Of a stretch of DNA of 57,968 nucleotides, positions 44,980 to 55,315 are shown piece after piece. The notes under the pieces were generated by a model. That model was not told where the DNA came from. It ran no database searches and saw nothing but the letters and a program-made list of their open reading frames with translations. The stretch is taken from positions 1-57,968 of IMG/VR virus record IMGVR_UViG_3300034176_000029. One strand, 5' to 3'. The DNA is from a virus (lineage: Duplodnaviria > Caudoviricetes). Each line of letters begins with the position of its first letter. The first letter of the stretch is position 1. Made by a program: the position numbers and the translations under genes.

Positions 44980-47628
44980 ATGGGAAATTACAACCCCAGG
45001 GCGCCGTACATTCTCGGCGAGGAGTGGGTGCCGATCCGCAACGAACTCGTCACCTTCTCACCCGGCGTCAACACGATCGAACGCGGCCACGGATTCACCC
45101 TGGCCACGGCCCGGCAGGTCCGTGACGGCCGTTACTACATCGACACCCTGCCGCCGGAGCCGACCGGCAGTCAGGTGTCTTTGATCGGCGTCTACCCGGC
45201 CGGATCCGAAGACCAGACCGGACCGATAAGCAGCGTCATCATCCCCTGCAACAACGGTGCAATCACCGGCACTGGCATGTCACTGTTCGGCTCTGACGCT
45301 CCAGCCACCGTAGCCGCTGCTCTGGCATCACCGGTTGACTCAGCCTGGGTCAGGTCCGTCTTCTCCAGCGGTACGCCACAAGACCTGTCCATGTTTTTCG
45401 CCGTCAACCAGTATCCGCACCTGGCCGACAAACGGATCCTGAACGTGTCGCTGATTTATGCCGGGGTGGTTTCCGACGGGATCGCGGTCACACCGTTTGT
45501 GGCGCCGTTCGTCAACCCGGATCCGTTCAGTCCGTTGACCACGCTCAGTCTGCGCAATGACAGCGCGTCGCAGGTCGTCAACTACTTCCCGGCCACCAGC
45601 GCCAACACCGGTTCGTTGGACAAGCTGAGTACGACAATCAACCCGGTCAGCCTCAACGTATTCGACGATCAGGAAGTCGTCGAACTGAACATAGGCGACG
45701 TCAACGCGTTCTGGAGTCTGGCCCTCGGCCCGTCCGGAACAACCAACCGGATGCCGTGGCGGTATGTCGACCTGCAACGCCTTGAGGCGTCGGCGGCGAA
45801 CCGGCTGCACATCCACCTTCGGGTGGTGGTGCCAACCACTGCGAATGGAACCGGTACCGACCTCAGACTCAGCTATGTGGCGTTGCGGGTTACATACTGC
45901 GAAGAGAAGCGGGTCATCTACGGCGGGAACAATTCGTCGCCGTACAAGTATTCGGCCAACATAATCCCGATGCGGGACCTGGTCCACAACGCTGATCCCA
46001 TCCTGCCGGCGGGTCAGTATGTGGTTACGTTGTCGTCGGTCAACCCCGGCGACGTCGACAACGGTCAGGGAACCGCAGCCCCGTTCCCGACACTCAACGC
46101 CCTGCGTGAGTTGTATCAGATCCCTCCGCACCCCGGCCTTGACGTCAACATCCCATTTCCGCTGGAGGACCATCTCGGCGAAACATTCTCCAGCACTGTG
46201 ACGCACATCCTGCCGCAGCTGTCGTTGCACGCCTCGGGTGGGACGTTGACTGAGCCGCACGTGTACGGCAGGCAGGCCGCGGCGCAGGTCTATGGCGTGA
46301 ACACAGCCACCCAGGACATTTACGACGACATCTCCGGTGTGGCAGCATCATATCCGCAGGTGCGTTTCTACGCCCGCCGGTTCGGCGACACCACCATCCC
46401 GCTCACCCTGACCGGGGTGGGGGGCCTGGCCGGCTCAACTGTCTCAATCACCGCCGCTGACTTCGACCTGTTGGCCGAAATTTTGGACGGCTGGAAGGAA
46501 GTCACCCTTCGGTTCGCGTCTCCGCCGTCGATGGGTGCCGTGGCTGGCGACCCTGCCTGGACCTGGTCTGCTACGTCGGAGACATCGGGGAACCGGTGGG
46601 AGATTATGGGTGCCTGCGCGCCGGCGATCTCCGGCGTCCCCGGGAACCTGTTCAGCCTGGTTCCGGCACCCAACCAGCTCGGCACAGCCACCTACCAGCC
46701 GCCGTCAGGTGACACCGTCGAGTTGACGTGGATGCCGCAAGGGGTTGGCTCACCCTATGTGACCGGGGCTACTGCCGATGCGACCTGCGACGCTGTACTC
46801 ATCTTCTCGCAGGACCCGCCCACCGTCACCGGCGTCGGCCTCACCCAACTGTCCCAAACCGTGACCGGGATCGGGTTGGATTGCGGCAGCCTGCCGTGCT
46901 GCATCCCGTCTGGTATCGGCTATCAGCGCATCGCATGGTCCGCCACAAGCCTGCCGTCGACTGGGTTCGGCGCCTACGAGCTGCAGCGGTGGGACCATTT
47001 GCAGGCCGACTTCGAAACCATCATGCTCGCCACCAACCCTGCGCTGGTCGGATTCAACGACTACGAAGCCCGCGTCGGCATCAACTCCGTGTATCGGATC
47101 CGGACGTTGAATGTGCTCAACTTCGCCGGCGCCTGGTCCGCCCAGGTCACCGGGGCACCCCCCATCCCAGGGGTGACGGGCGGGTGTGACGATCAGACCG
47201 GTGCGCTGATATTCACATCCAACGCTGATCAGTCCGGTGGGTCGAATGCGGCGTATGTGATGCAGTGGGAACGCGACCCGGCCGAGGAGTTCAACCTTCC
47301 AGAGGCGGGTCAGGTGCAGTTCCAGCCTATGTACGGCAGGGACGGGTCGGTCGCTTTCCACGGCACCGAACGCGGCTTGGAGGCGTTCACCCGGACGGTG
47401 CTGTTGCAGGCCGCCGCGATCGACCCCATCCGCCTCGCCGACGCAGCCACCCTGCGGGACTTGGCGTGGGCTGATCTGCCGTATGTATGTGTGCGGGACG
47501 AGATCGGGGACCGTTGGTTCGCGAATGTGCGGGTGCCGCAGGTGTCCGTGCGTCACAACCGGACCAAGTACATGGCCCGCATCGAAATCACCGAAACCAC
47601 CGTCTGCCCGTTTGCGGTGGACCCGTGA
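44980..47628 (+). CDS. Large minor tail protein
   Basis: Follows the TMP; beta-rich; C-terminal Dit-like VCVRD..G.RW. Confidence 0.7.
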   Translation: MGNYNPRAPYILGEEWVPIRNELVTFSPGVNTIERGHGFTLATARQVRDGRYYIDTLPPEPTGSQVSLIGVYPAGSEDQTGPISSVIIPCNNGAITGTGMSLFGSDAPATVAAALASPVDSAWVRSVFSSGTPQDLSMFFAVNQYPHLADKRILNVSLIYAGVVSDGIAVTPFVAPFVNPDPFSPLTTLSLRNDSASQVVNYFPATSANTGSLDKLSTTINPVSLNVFDDQEVVELNIGDVNAFWSLALGPSGTTNRMPWRYVDLQRLEASAANRLHIHLRVVVPTTANGTGTDLRLSYVALRVTYCEEKRVIYGGNNSSPYKYSANIIPMRDLVHNADPILPAGQYVVTLSSVNPGDVDNGQGTAAPFPTLNALRELYQIPPHPGLDVNIPFPLEDHLGETFSSTVTHILPQLSLHASGGTLTEPHVYGRQAAAQVYGVNTATQDIYDDISGVAASYPQVRFYARRFGDTTIPLTLTGVGGLAGSTVSITAADFDLLAEILDGWKEVTLRFASPPSMGAVAGDPAWTWSATSETSGNRWEIMGACAPAISGVPGNLFSLVPAPNQLGTATYQPPSGDTVELTWMPQGVGSPYVTGATADATCDAVLIFSQDPPTVTGVGLTQLSQTVTGIGLDCGSLPCCIPSGIGYQRIAWSATSLPSTGFGAYELQRWDHLQADFETIMLATNPALVGFNDYEARVGINSVYRIRTLNVLNFAGAWSAQVTGAPPIPGVTGGCDDQTGALIFTSNADQSGGSNAAYVMQWERDPAEEFNLPEAGQVQFQPMYGRDGSVAFHGTERGLEAFTRTVLLQAAAIDPIRLADAATLRDLAWADLPYVCVRDEIGDRWFANVRVPQVSVRHNRTKYMARIEITETTVCPFAVDP

Positions 47629-48743
47629 CCAGCCTGCCGGTGATCGGGCCGGACTGGCCGGGCAACCGTCCACTGGTCACCGATACCAGCAATCTTGATC
47701 TCGACCTGGATGAGTGCGTCGGCCAGCGCCAAGCCACGTTCCGGTTCGTGCTGTCCGACGCGGTCAGCGGCGAACAGTTGGGTGAGATTCATCCGATCCG
47801 TGAAGCGTCGCTGTCACACGACACCGGCTCCACCACGAAACGCACCCTCAGCCTCAGCCTGGGGAAGGCTGACACGGCGGATGTGAACGCGTTGACCGAT
47901 CGGGTCGAGCCGTTCATGGTGTTCCCCAACTTGACCAACCCGGACCATTCCAGTGGTGATTGGCCGCTGGGCAAGTATATGTGGGCGGACAATCCGCGGA
48001 GGGTGTCGACCGGCGGCCGCCTGGCTCAGCCGCAGTTGACGGACGAAATGTTCCTCGTCGATCAGCAGATCTTGGCCGGTGTCTCCGGCGTCGGCCTCGG
48101 TGTCACCGCCGTCCTCTTGGAGGTACTGGAAGGTTTGCCGATCACGTTCAACCTGGAACCGTCGTCGTTCACGTCAGCCGATTCGTGGGGTGTTGGCGCC
48201 AGCCGCGGCCAAATCCTGGAAACCCTGTCCGTGGCTGGCGATTGGTGGTCGCCGTGGTTTGACAACAATGGTGTGTTGCGGTTCCGGCGGACCTTCGATC
48301 CGGCTGCGGCTGTTGTCGACATCGACTTGGACGCCGGTTTCCGCGTCTTCCAGGACAGCATCATGGAAACGGATGAGCTGCTGACCGCACCCAACACGAT
48401 TGTTGTCATATCAAACAACGCTAGTGACAGCAGCACGCCCGTCGTTGGTGTCGCAACCGTGCCGGTTAACGCACCCAACTCTGTCCCCAACCGTGGTTTC
48501 GCCATCCCCGCCGTATTTGATCTGCAATTGTCCGATGCCACCCAAGCTGCTGCCGTCGCGCAAGGCCTGGCGCAGCGGCAGGGCATTTTCGAAATGGTGC
48601 AGTTGTCGACGCCGCCGGATCCGCGTCACGACTCGTACAACGTGATCCGGTGGCAAGGCTCCAACTGGCTGGAGCTCGGTTGGTCGATGCCGCTGGTTGA
48701 AGGGGCAGCCATGTCGCATAGTCTGCGTCGGAGCTACCGATGA
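47625..48743 (+). CDS. Minor tail / baseplate hub protein
   Basis: WPLG.Y, WFDNNG, PN..VV; synteny. Confidence 0.7.
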   Translation: MTSLPVIGPDWPGNRPLVTDTSNLDLDLDECVGQRQATFRFVLSDAVSGEQLGEIHPIREASLSHDTGSTTKRTLSLSLGKADTADVNALTDRVEPFMVFPNLTNPDHSSGDWPLGKYMWADNPRRVSTGGRLAQPQLTDEMFLVDQQILAGVSGVGLGVTAVLLEVLEGLPITFNLEPSSFTSADSWGVGASRGQILETLSVAGDWWSPWFDNNGVLRFRRTFDPAAAVVDIDLDAGFRVFQDSIMETDELLTAPNTIVVISNNASDSSTPVVGVATVPVNAPNSVPNRGFAIPAVFDLQLSDATQAAAVAQGLAQRQGIFEMVQLSTPPDPRHDSYNVIRWQGSNWLELGWSMPLVEGAAMSHSLRRSYR

Positions 48744-49540
48744 CTGAACCTGGACCGGTCGGTGACGCCGCGGCCACCGCGCAGGCGATCGTCGAAAACG
48801 CGCAACGGTTGGGCCTGACGTGGACTTTGCGGTTGGCCACCGTCGTCGACGGCTCCAACGCCGGCGCCATCGTGGCCACCTATGACGGGGACACGATTCC
48901 GATCGCCATGACATCCATGATCGGCACACTTAGCGTCGGGCAGCGGGTCTACGTAATTCAGGTGCCGCCGTCAGGGAACTTCATCACAGGGTTCGCGACA
49001 GAAAATCAGATCGGCAGAGTCTTTGTAAAACGGGTAGTTCTGTCAGCATCCGCTACAAGTATCACGATTGATGGCATCCCACCGGATATTCTTTCGCTTG
49101 ACGTTGACTGGACCTTGCGAAGCGACGAAGGGCCGGCGACCTTCAGCGGTGGCTTCTTCATTCTCAATAACATTATTGCGGCGGGATACATCACACGATA
49201 CTGGACACTGGCCAACGCTAGCGGATCGGCCGGCGTTCACACGCAAACATTCGGCTCCACAAATACAACGATCGGCGCTTACGCCACAGGCACGGCGACA
49301 GCAGGTCGCTTTGCTGGAGGTCGAATCAGTTTCCCCGCATGGAACAGCCCTCATGCCGGTTCGGTAAATTGGCTCTTCCGGTCGGGTGTTGAGACTGCGG
49401 CTAACGTCGGGAACTTCACCACGGGCGAAGGAACCTTGACTGTCGCTGGACCATACACAAGCATCACGCTGCTTCCAGGGTCGGGAGGAAGTTTCGTAGC
49501 GGGTAGCCAGGTCTGTGCTCATGGATTCTTTGCGTCTTAG
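48740..49540 (+). CDS. Tail tip/fibre protein with an AT-richer C-terminal domain
   Basis: OB-like N-domain (ATV..VGQRV); composition shift after ~48990. Confidence 0.65.
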   Translation: MTEPGPVGDAAATAQAIVENAQRLGLTWTLRLATVVDGSNAGAIVATYDGDTIPIAMTSMIGTLSVGQRVYVIQVPPSGNFITGFATENQIGRVFVKRVVLSASATSITIDGIPPDILSLDVDWTLRSDEGPATFSGGFFILNNIIAAGYITRYWTLANASGSAGVHTQTFGSTNTTIGAYATGTATAGRFAGGRISFPAWNSPHAGSVNWLFRSGVETAANVGNFTTGEGTLTVAGPYTSITLLPGSGGSFVAGSQVCAHGFFAS

Positions 49541-49558
49541 CGTAGGGGGGTTAGGAAA

Positions 49559-50242
49559 ATGAACCGGGCCGCGATCGTCCTCACCCACAACCGGCCCGAA
49601 CTGCTGGCAGAGTGTGTGGCGGCGATCGGCCCCCAGGTCGATGTGGTGCTGGTCATCGACAACGCCTCACAACCAGCCGTCACGCTCGAGGTGCTGGCCC
49701 CCGGGTTTGATGATCAGCATCGGGTGGTGTTGATGACCGTGCCGGATCAGCCACCCAACCTTGCGCGGCTGTGGAATCTCGGGATCGACGCCCTCACCGA
49801 GATCCGCGGCGGCGAGACCGGGCCGTGGTGGATCGGGTTTCTGTGCGACGACGCCATCACACCGCCCGGATGGTTCCAAGCCGTCGTCGACGGAATGACC
49901 CAGACTGGTGCCGCCGCCGGCTGCTCCAACCCTTGGGGCAACCAACACCCACCCCAAGTGAAGACCGAGATGGATTCAGACCTCATGGGCCGCCTGGTCG
50001 GCTGGGCATTCGTCCTCGACGCATTCCGAGGGCTGCGGGCTGACGAGTCCATGATGTGGTGGTGGCTCGACTCTGATCTTGACATCCAGGCCCGCCACGC
50101 TGGGGGGATGGTTATGGTGGGAGGCTTCCCGGTACCGAACCGCCTGCCGAACGACTACACGTGCAGCAAGCCGGAGCTCGGCCAGCAGGCCGGCGACGAC
50201 GGCCGCACCTTCGAAGCCAAGTGGGGTCGGCGCCCGTGGTAG
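49559..50242 (+). CDS. Glycosyltransferase, GT2/GT-A fold
   Basis: IVLTHNR, VIDNAS, WN.G, LCDD, W..DSD. Confidence 0.85.
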   Translation: MNRAAIVLTHNRPELLAECVAAIGPQVDVVLVIDNASQPAVTLEVLAPGFDDQHRVVLMTVPDQPPNLARLWNLGIDALTEIRGGETGPWWIGFLCDDAITPPGWFQAVVDGMTQTGAAAGCSNPWGNQHPPQVKTEMDSDLMGRLVGWAFVLDAFRGLRADESMMWWWLDSDLDIQARHAGGMVMVGGFPVPNRLPNDYTCSKPELGQQAGDDGRTFEAKWGRRPW

Positions 50243-50847
50243 TCGTCTACGGAACGTGTGTCGGCTCGTGGGACAAACTCCAGGCCAATGTGATCCCCCG
50301 CGTGACCGGCCCGCTGCTGGCACTGTCCGGGCAGACGTCGATCTGCGTCGCGTACAACAGCATCCTCGACGCCTACCAGGACCGCAGCCTGGACGCGCTG
50401 ATACTCCTGCATGACGACCTTGAGATCACCGATCCGGACTGGGAAACGAAACTGGTAGCGCCGTTGACTGATCCGCATGTGCTACTCGTCGGAGTAGCCG
50501 GCGGCGACGGCCAGCACGGTTTGGCGTGGTGGAACCACAATCCGGTCGGGCATCAACAAACCGACGTCATGAACATCGACTTCGGTGTCCGCACCGGCGA
50601 CGTCACACTGTTGGAAGGATCCGTGTTGGTGTTCTCGCCGGCCGCGATCAAAACACTTCGCTTTGATACCCGCTTCCCCGGCTTCCATGGCTACGACGAA
50701 ATCGGCATGCAAGCCGCCCAAATGGGCCGCGTCGTCGTCGCCGACGTTGATACTCACCATCACAGCAGCATGGGCTTCAAATCAGATGAGAGCCACAGTC
50801 AGTGGCTAGAGGCGGACCGGCTGTATCGGGAGAAGTGGGGATTATGA
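50236..50847 (+). CDS. Glycosyltransferase, GT-A fold
   Basis: AYN, LLHDD, FD.RF.GFHGYD. Confidence 0.8.
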   Translation: MVVVYGTCVGSWDKLQANVIPRVTGPLLALSGQTSICVAYNSILDAYQDRSLDALILLHDDLEITDPDWETKLVAPLTDPHVLLVGVAGGDGQHGLAWWNHNPVGHQQTDVMNIDFGVRTGDVTLLEGSVLVFSPAAIKTLRFDTRFPGFHGYDEIGMQAAQMGRVVVADVDTHHHSSMGFKSDESHSQWLEADRLYREKWGL

Positions 50848-52022
50848 AACGCACCACCTGCTCAGCCTGCGGACACACCGACCTCGACGAGTTTCTCGAC
50901 CTCGGTATGTCACCCATCGCGGACGCCTACACCGCCACACCGGACGAGGCGTCGCCCACCTATCCGCTGCAGGTTGCGGTGTGCGCCAAGTGCCGGCTGG
51001 TGCAACTCCTCGAGGTGGTCGACCACACCATCCTGTTCGGCACCGGCTACAGCTTCTACTCCTCGGCCTCGCCGCCGCTGTCGGCGTATCACGCCCGGTA
51101 CGCCGCCGACGTCCTCACACGTCACGGCGATTTGGCCGCCCGGGGGGTGGTTGAGGTTGGCTGCAACGACGGTGACATGCTGCGCCACTTCACCGCCGCC
51201 GGGCACCGAGCCCTGGGTGTTGACCCTGCGGCCGGTCCGGTTGAGGTCGCTCGTAGCCGCGACCTGGACGTTCGGATCCGGCCGTTCAGCCTCGCCTTCG
51301 CGAAAGACCTCCGGGACAGTTTGGGGCCGCGAGGGCTGATCGTCGCCAACCATGTTCTCGCCCATGTCGAAGACGTATTCGACGTCCTCGCCGGCGTCGC
51401 CAACCTGCTAGCTGATGATGGTGTGGCCATGGTGGAGGTGCAGTACCTGCCCGACCTGCTGGTCAACAACGCGTTCGACTTGGTGTATCACGAGCACCGC
51501 AACTTCTTCTCCCTCACGTCGCTCGAGCAGGCAGCGCTGCGGCACGGTCTGAACATCGTCGACGCTGAGCTGACCGACCGGCAGGGCGGATCCCTCCGCG
51601 TCACCATCGCCAAACAGCCCCGGCCGAATGACACGGTGGACCGGCTGCGCACGTCGGAGGCGTGGCTTGACAGCTTCTGCGCCTACGAGGCGATGCAGGG
51701 CCGGGCCGAACGGATCCGTGACCGGCTGCGGGATCTGGTCTCAGCTCAACCTGGTATCACTGCGGTCTACGGTGCACCCGCAAAGGCGACTACGCTGCTC
51801 AACTTTTGCGAGCTGACCGCCGCGGATCTGTCGTGGTGCGTAGACAGCACCCCCGCGAAACAAGGTCGTCACATCCCGGGAACTGGCATTCCGATCGTCG
51901 CTCCGGACTTCATGGGCGCCGCGACCTACGTTCTCGCGGCATGGAACTACACCTCGGACATCATGCAACGCAATCCCCACAAGCAGTGGATCGTGCCGCT
52001 CCCCGCTCCGGTCCTCCTATGA
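50844..52022 (+). CDS. NDP-hexose C-methyltransferase-like enzyme
   Basis: N-terminal CxxC..CxxC Zn ribbon, EVGCNDG, NHVLAH, YHEH, YGAPAKA, KQG..IPG, AWNY. Confidence 0.88.
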   Translation: MKRTTCSACGHTDLDEFLDLGMSPIADAYTATPDEASPTYPLQVAVCAKCRLVQLLEVVDHTILFGTGYSFYSSASPPLSAYHARYAADVLTRHGDLAARGVVEVGCNDGDMLRHFTAAGHRALGVDPAAGPVEVARSRDLDVRIRPFSLAFAKDLRDSLGPRGLIVANHVLAHVEDVFDVLAGVANLLADDGVAMVEVQYLPDLLVNNAFDLVYHEHRNFFSLTSLEQAALRHGLNIVDAELTDRQGGSLRVTIAKQPRPNDTVDRLRTSEAWLDSFCAYEAMQGRAERIRDRLRDLVSAQPGITAVYGAPAKATTLLNFCELTAADLSWCVDSTPAKQGRHIPGTGIPIVAPDFMGAATYVLAAWNYTSDIMQRNPHKQWIVPLPAPVLL

Positions 52023-52513
52023 AGATCAATTTGGGGTGTGGCGACAGGTATGCCGACGGTTGGCACAATGTGGACTGGGCCGGGTCGCCGCATCGGAAAG
52101 ACGAAACACTCGACCTGCTGATGCCGCTGCCCTGGACCGGCATCACGCACGCCTACGCCGGGCACATCCTCGAACATTTACGCGTCGGGGACTGTCTAGT
52201 CGTACTCCGGCGGCTGCGGGAATGCATGGCCTCAAGCGGCGAGTTGATGGTTGTCGGCCCGGACGTGTTGATCGCCCAAGGCATGGCCGTTGCCGGCACC
52301 CTGGATGTCACCATGGATTCACTCACCCAGGGCGGGCATCGTTGGCATGGCGATGAACACCGCTGGCATTGCACTACGTTCGACGTTGAAGAACTCCTCC
52401 GTTCGGCCGGCTGGCGTCAGGTGACCCGGGTGGGGATCCCGAATGTGCCCGACATGTGGCCGGTCGCCGACCGGGGCCCACGCTGGCAGTGCGCCGTGTC
52501 GGCCCGGCCATGA
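52019..52513 (+). CDS. Class I SAM-dependent methyltransferase
   Basis: KINLGCG..GW.NVD..HILEH. Confidence 0.85.
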   Translation: MKINLGCGDRYADGWHNVDWAGSPHRKDETLDLLMPLPWTGITHAYAGHILEHLRVGDCLVVLRRLRECMASSGELMVVGPDVLIAQGMAVAGTLDVTMDSLTQGGHRWHGDEHRWHCTTFDVEELLRSAGWRQVTRVGIPNVPDMWPVADRGPRWQCAVSARP

Positions 52514-53163
52514 CCCCGTGCGTCGTCATCATCCGCGACCGGGCCGCCTTTACCCGGCTGTCCGTGGCCAGCTTGGAACAGTTCCCCGACCTGGATATTC
52601 ACCTCGTTGACCACGGCACAACGTACGGGCCGATGCTCGACTATTTCGACGGATCACCGCACCCCGTGCACAGGTTGGGGGACCGTCCGCCGCGGGCGTT
52701 GTGGGACTGGGACGGCCTCGCCCGAATAGTCGGGACACGCCGCGAATATGTAGTAACCGACCCCGACCTAACCTTCGACGACAACTGCCCAGCGGACTGG
52801 CTCACACAGTTGCGGGAGCACCTGGCATGCAACCCCACCTCAACCGCCAAAGTCGGCATGGGCCTACGGCTGGACGACCTGCCTAACACACCGTTGGCTG
52901 AGAAGGTCCGGGCCTGGGAGTGTCTGTTCTGGACCGCCCGCGGCATCGGCCACACCTGGCGCGCACCTGTCGACACCACATTGGCGTTGTATCCCCCTTT
53001 GCACGGACAGCCCGCGTTCGTGCTCGCCCCGGCGGTGCGTATGGACGCCCCATACTTGATGCGTCATCTACCGTGGTATGACGACCCGGCGCCGGAGGAA
53101 ACCGTCTACTACCGGGACCACGCCCTGGAGGGCACATCGCATTGGATCAACGGCGGCTGGTGA
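52510..53163 (+). CDS. Glycosyltransferase-like protein, GT-A fold
   Basis: IIRDR, LVDHGTTY, VTDPD, A.VDTT, HLPWY. Confidence 0.75.
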   Translation: MTPCVVIIRDRAAFTRLSVASLEQFPDLDIHLVDHGTTYGPMLDYFDGSPHPVHRLGDRPPRALWDWDGLARIVGTRREYVVTDPDLTFDDNCPADWLTQLREHLACNPTSTAKVGMGLRLDDLPNTPLAEKVRAWECLFWTARGIGHTWRAPVDTTLALYPPLHGQPAFVLAPAVRMDAPYLMRHLPWYDDPAPEETVYYRDHALEGTSHWINGGW

Positions 53164-53186
53164 CAGCCCCGTCGGAAAGGTCGGCC

Positions 53187-53843
53187 ATGACCCGCCCCAC
53201 AGTTTCGGTGATCATCGCCGCGCACCCGGCCCGCGCCCGCAACGGCATGCTGCAAGCCGCCATCAACTCGGTACTTGAACAGACCCGTCTACCTGATGCG
53301 ATCCACGTCGCGATGGACAACGATCGGGAAGGCGCCGCCGCGACCCGCCAGCGGGCACTGATGGCCGCGTCGACAGACTTCACCGCCGTGTTGGACAGTG
53401 ACGACCTACTGCTGCCGAAACACCTTGAGTGGCTGTTGCGCCACCAAGAGGAAACCGGGGCAGATCTTTGCTACGCCTGGTTTAAGGTGCTGCAGCAGTT
53501 CGCCGACGGATCCACCCGCATCCTCGAGGGCGACGAAAACGGCGATGGAGTCTTCCCGCTCAGCCACTACCTGAACCCGTTCGATCCGGCTGATCCGATC
53601 GAAACCACCATCACAGTCCTCGTCCGTACCGAACTCGCCCAGCAGGTCGGATACAAAGAGCTCGACCGTGGTGAGGCCAACACCGGCGAAGACCGTTACT
53701 TCACCCTCGCGTGTCTCGAGGCGGGTGCGAAGATCTCGCATCTGGTGCGCAAGTCGTGGCTATATCGCCACCACCAGCTACCGGGCGGCGTGCCTGGTAA
53801 CTCCTCAGGCTTCGCCAACCGCGGGGATGCCCGGCTGGGCTGA
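53187..53843 (+). CDS. Glycosyltransferase, GT2
   Basis: VSVII, SVLEQT, LDSDD, GED. Confidence 0.88.
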   Translation: MTRPTVSVIIAAHPARARNGMLQAAINSVLEQTRLPDAIHVAMDNDREGAAATRQRALMAASTDFTAVLDSDDLLLPKHLEWLLRHQEETGADLCYAWFKVLQQFADGSTRILEGDENGDGVFPLSHYLNPFDPADPIETTITVLVRTELAQQVGYKELDRGEANTGEDRYFTLACLEAGAKISHLVRKSWLYRHHQLPGGVPGNSSGFANRGDARLG

Positions 53844-53945
53844 CACAAGGGTGATGCCCCCACGGGGGTCGCAGGGGCATCAGGGGGGAACCCAGGCCGG
53901 GGAGGACCTGAACACCACACTGGAATTTTACACGGGGGTGTTCAG

Positions 53946-55025
53946 GTGGTCGTGTATGTGTACCCGGCGGATGTCTACGGTTGTGGCCACACGAGATTGA
54001 TCTGGGTTGCCGAGGCTTTGAAGGCGCAGGGTCATGACGTCAGGTTGATGATGCCGGCGATGCGCAACGGCATCGGCGGTGAGATCGACTCACGCACCGG
54101 CCGGCTCGTCGGCGCCAACGTCCCGCCGGACGCGGATGTGATCGTCATGCAACGCGTCTCACTCGCCCACCTCTCTAGCGCGATTCCGCTGATCCGGGCC
54201 AAAGGCGTCGCAGTGGTGGTCGACATGGACGACGACTTGACCAAAATTGACCCCAGCAATCCTGCGTTTTGGGCGATGCGCACCGACACCGGCGACCGGC
54301 GGCATACGTGGCGCAACGCCCACCAAGCCTGCCTACAAGCCACCCTCGTCACCGTGTCCACGCCGGCGCTGCTGCCGGTGTATGCGCCGCACGGCCGCGG
54401 TGTGGTGATCGAAAACCGGATCCCCGCCCGCTACCTGAACACACCACACGACGTGTCGAACACGGCGATTGGCTGGGCCGGATCAACCCACTCCCACCCA
54501 CTCGACCTGCAGGAAGTCGGACCCGCCGTCGCACGGTTACTGCGGGAAGGGCAGACCTACCGGGGTGTCGGTCCGGTTGACGGCCTGCGTGACGCTTTGG
54601 GCTTGACGGAGGATCCGCCCGTCACGGGATCGGTTGACCTCATCGACTGGGCTGCTGAGGTGGCGTCGATCGGTGTGGGGTTGGTGCCGTTGGCGGACAC
54701 CGCGTTTAACGCCGGGAAGTCTTGGCTGAAGGGGCTGGAGATGTCGGCGTGTGGTGTGCCGTGGGTCGCGTCCCCCCGCGCCGAATACACCAAGCTCGCC
54801 AAGACGCTGGGGGTCGGTTTGCTGGCGGACCGGCCGAAGGACTGGTACCGGCAGGTCAAACGGTTGTGCACCGACGACGCGTTGCGTGTCGAACAATCGC
54901 AGGTGGGTCGGGAAGCAGCCCGGGGGTGGACCATCGAGGGCAACGCGTATCGCTGGCTCGAGGTGTGGGAGAAGGCGCAGGCCATGCAACGCGCTACAAC
55001 GCCGCGGCCGCTGTTGGCCGTATGA
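53946..55025 (+). CDS. Glycosyltransferase, GT-B (GT4-like)
   Basis: G..R, VVDMDD, VSTP.L, IGWAGS..H, FN..KS.LK.LE..ACG.P. Confidence 0.85.
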   Translation: MVVYVYPADVYGCGHTRLIWVAEALKAQGHDVRLMMPAMRNGIGGEIDSRTGRLVGANVPPDADVIVMQRVSLAHLSSAIPLIRAKGVAVVVDMDDDLTKIDPSNPAFWAMRTDTGDRRHTWRNAHQACLQATLVTVSTPALLPVYAPHGRGVVIENRIPARYLNTPHDVSNTAIGWAGSTHSHPLDLQEVGPAVARLLREGQTYRGVGPVDGLRDALGLTEDPPVTGSVDLIDWAAEVASIGVGLVPLADTAFNAGKSWLKGLEMSACGVPWVASPRAEYTKLAKTLGVGLLADRPKDWYRQVKRLCTDDALRVEQSQVGREAARGWTIEGNAYRWLEVWEKAQAMQRATTPRPLLAV

Positions 55026-55054
55026 TCAATCAAGATCGCCTAACGGGGGGTTGT

Positions 55055-55315
55055 ATGACACAGGTCAACCTTCACGAACCGCAGCACTGTCAGATCCTCA
55101 TGTACGGAGCCGACGGTGCCCTGATTCGCGCCGGCGAAAGCGAAGACGTATCACCAGAGCAACTAGCCCATATGTCGCTGCACTCCGATGGTGTTGTCTG
55201 CGTTCAGATCTCAGTGCTCAACCCGGACGGTGCACCTGAGTGGCTTCCGGTGATACAGCGCTGTGACCCGGGCCTGGACTTCGGCACGGTGGTTGGCAAT
55301 GGCCCGCTGGGGTGA
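55055..55315 (+). CDS. Hypothetical protein
   Basis: RBS GGGGGG; alternative start 55022. Confidence 0.55.
   Translation: MTQVNLHEPQHCQILMYGADGALIRAGESEDVSPEQLAHMSLHSDGVVCVQISVLNPDGAPEWLPVIQRCDPGLDFGTVVGNGPLG

Noticed and set aside
48990-49540. DGR variable region in the tail tip gene
   Set aside because: No reverse transcriptase and no template repeat seen
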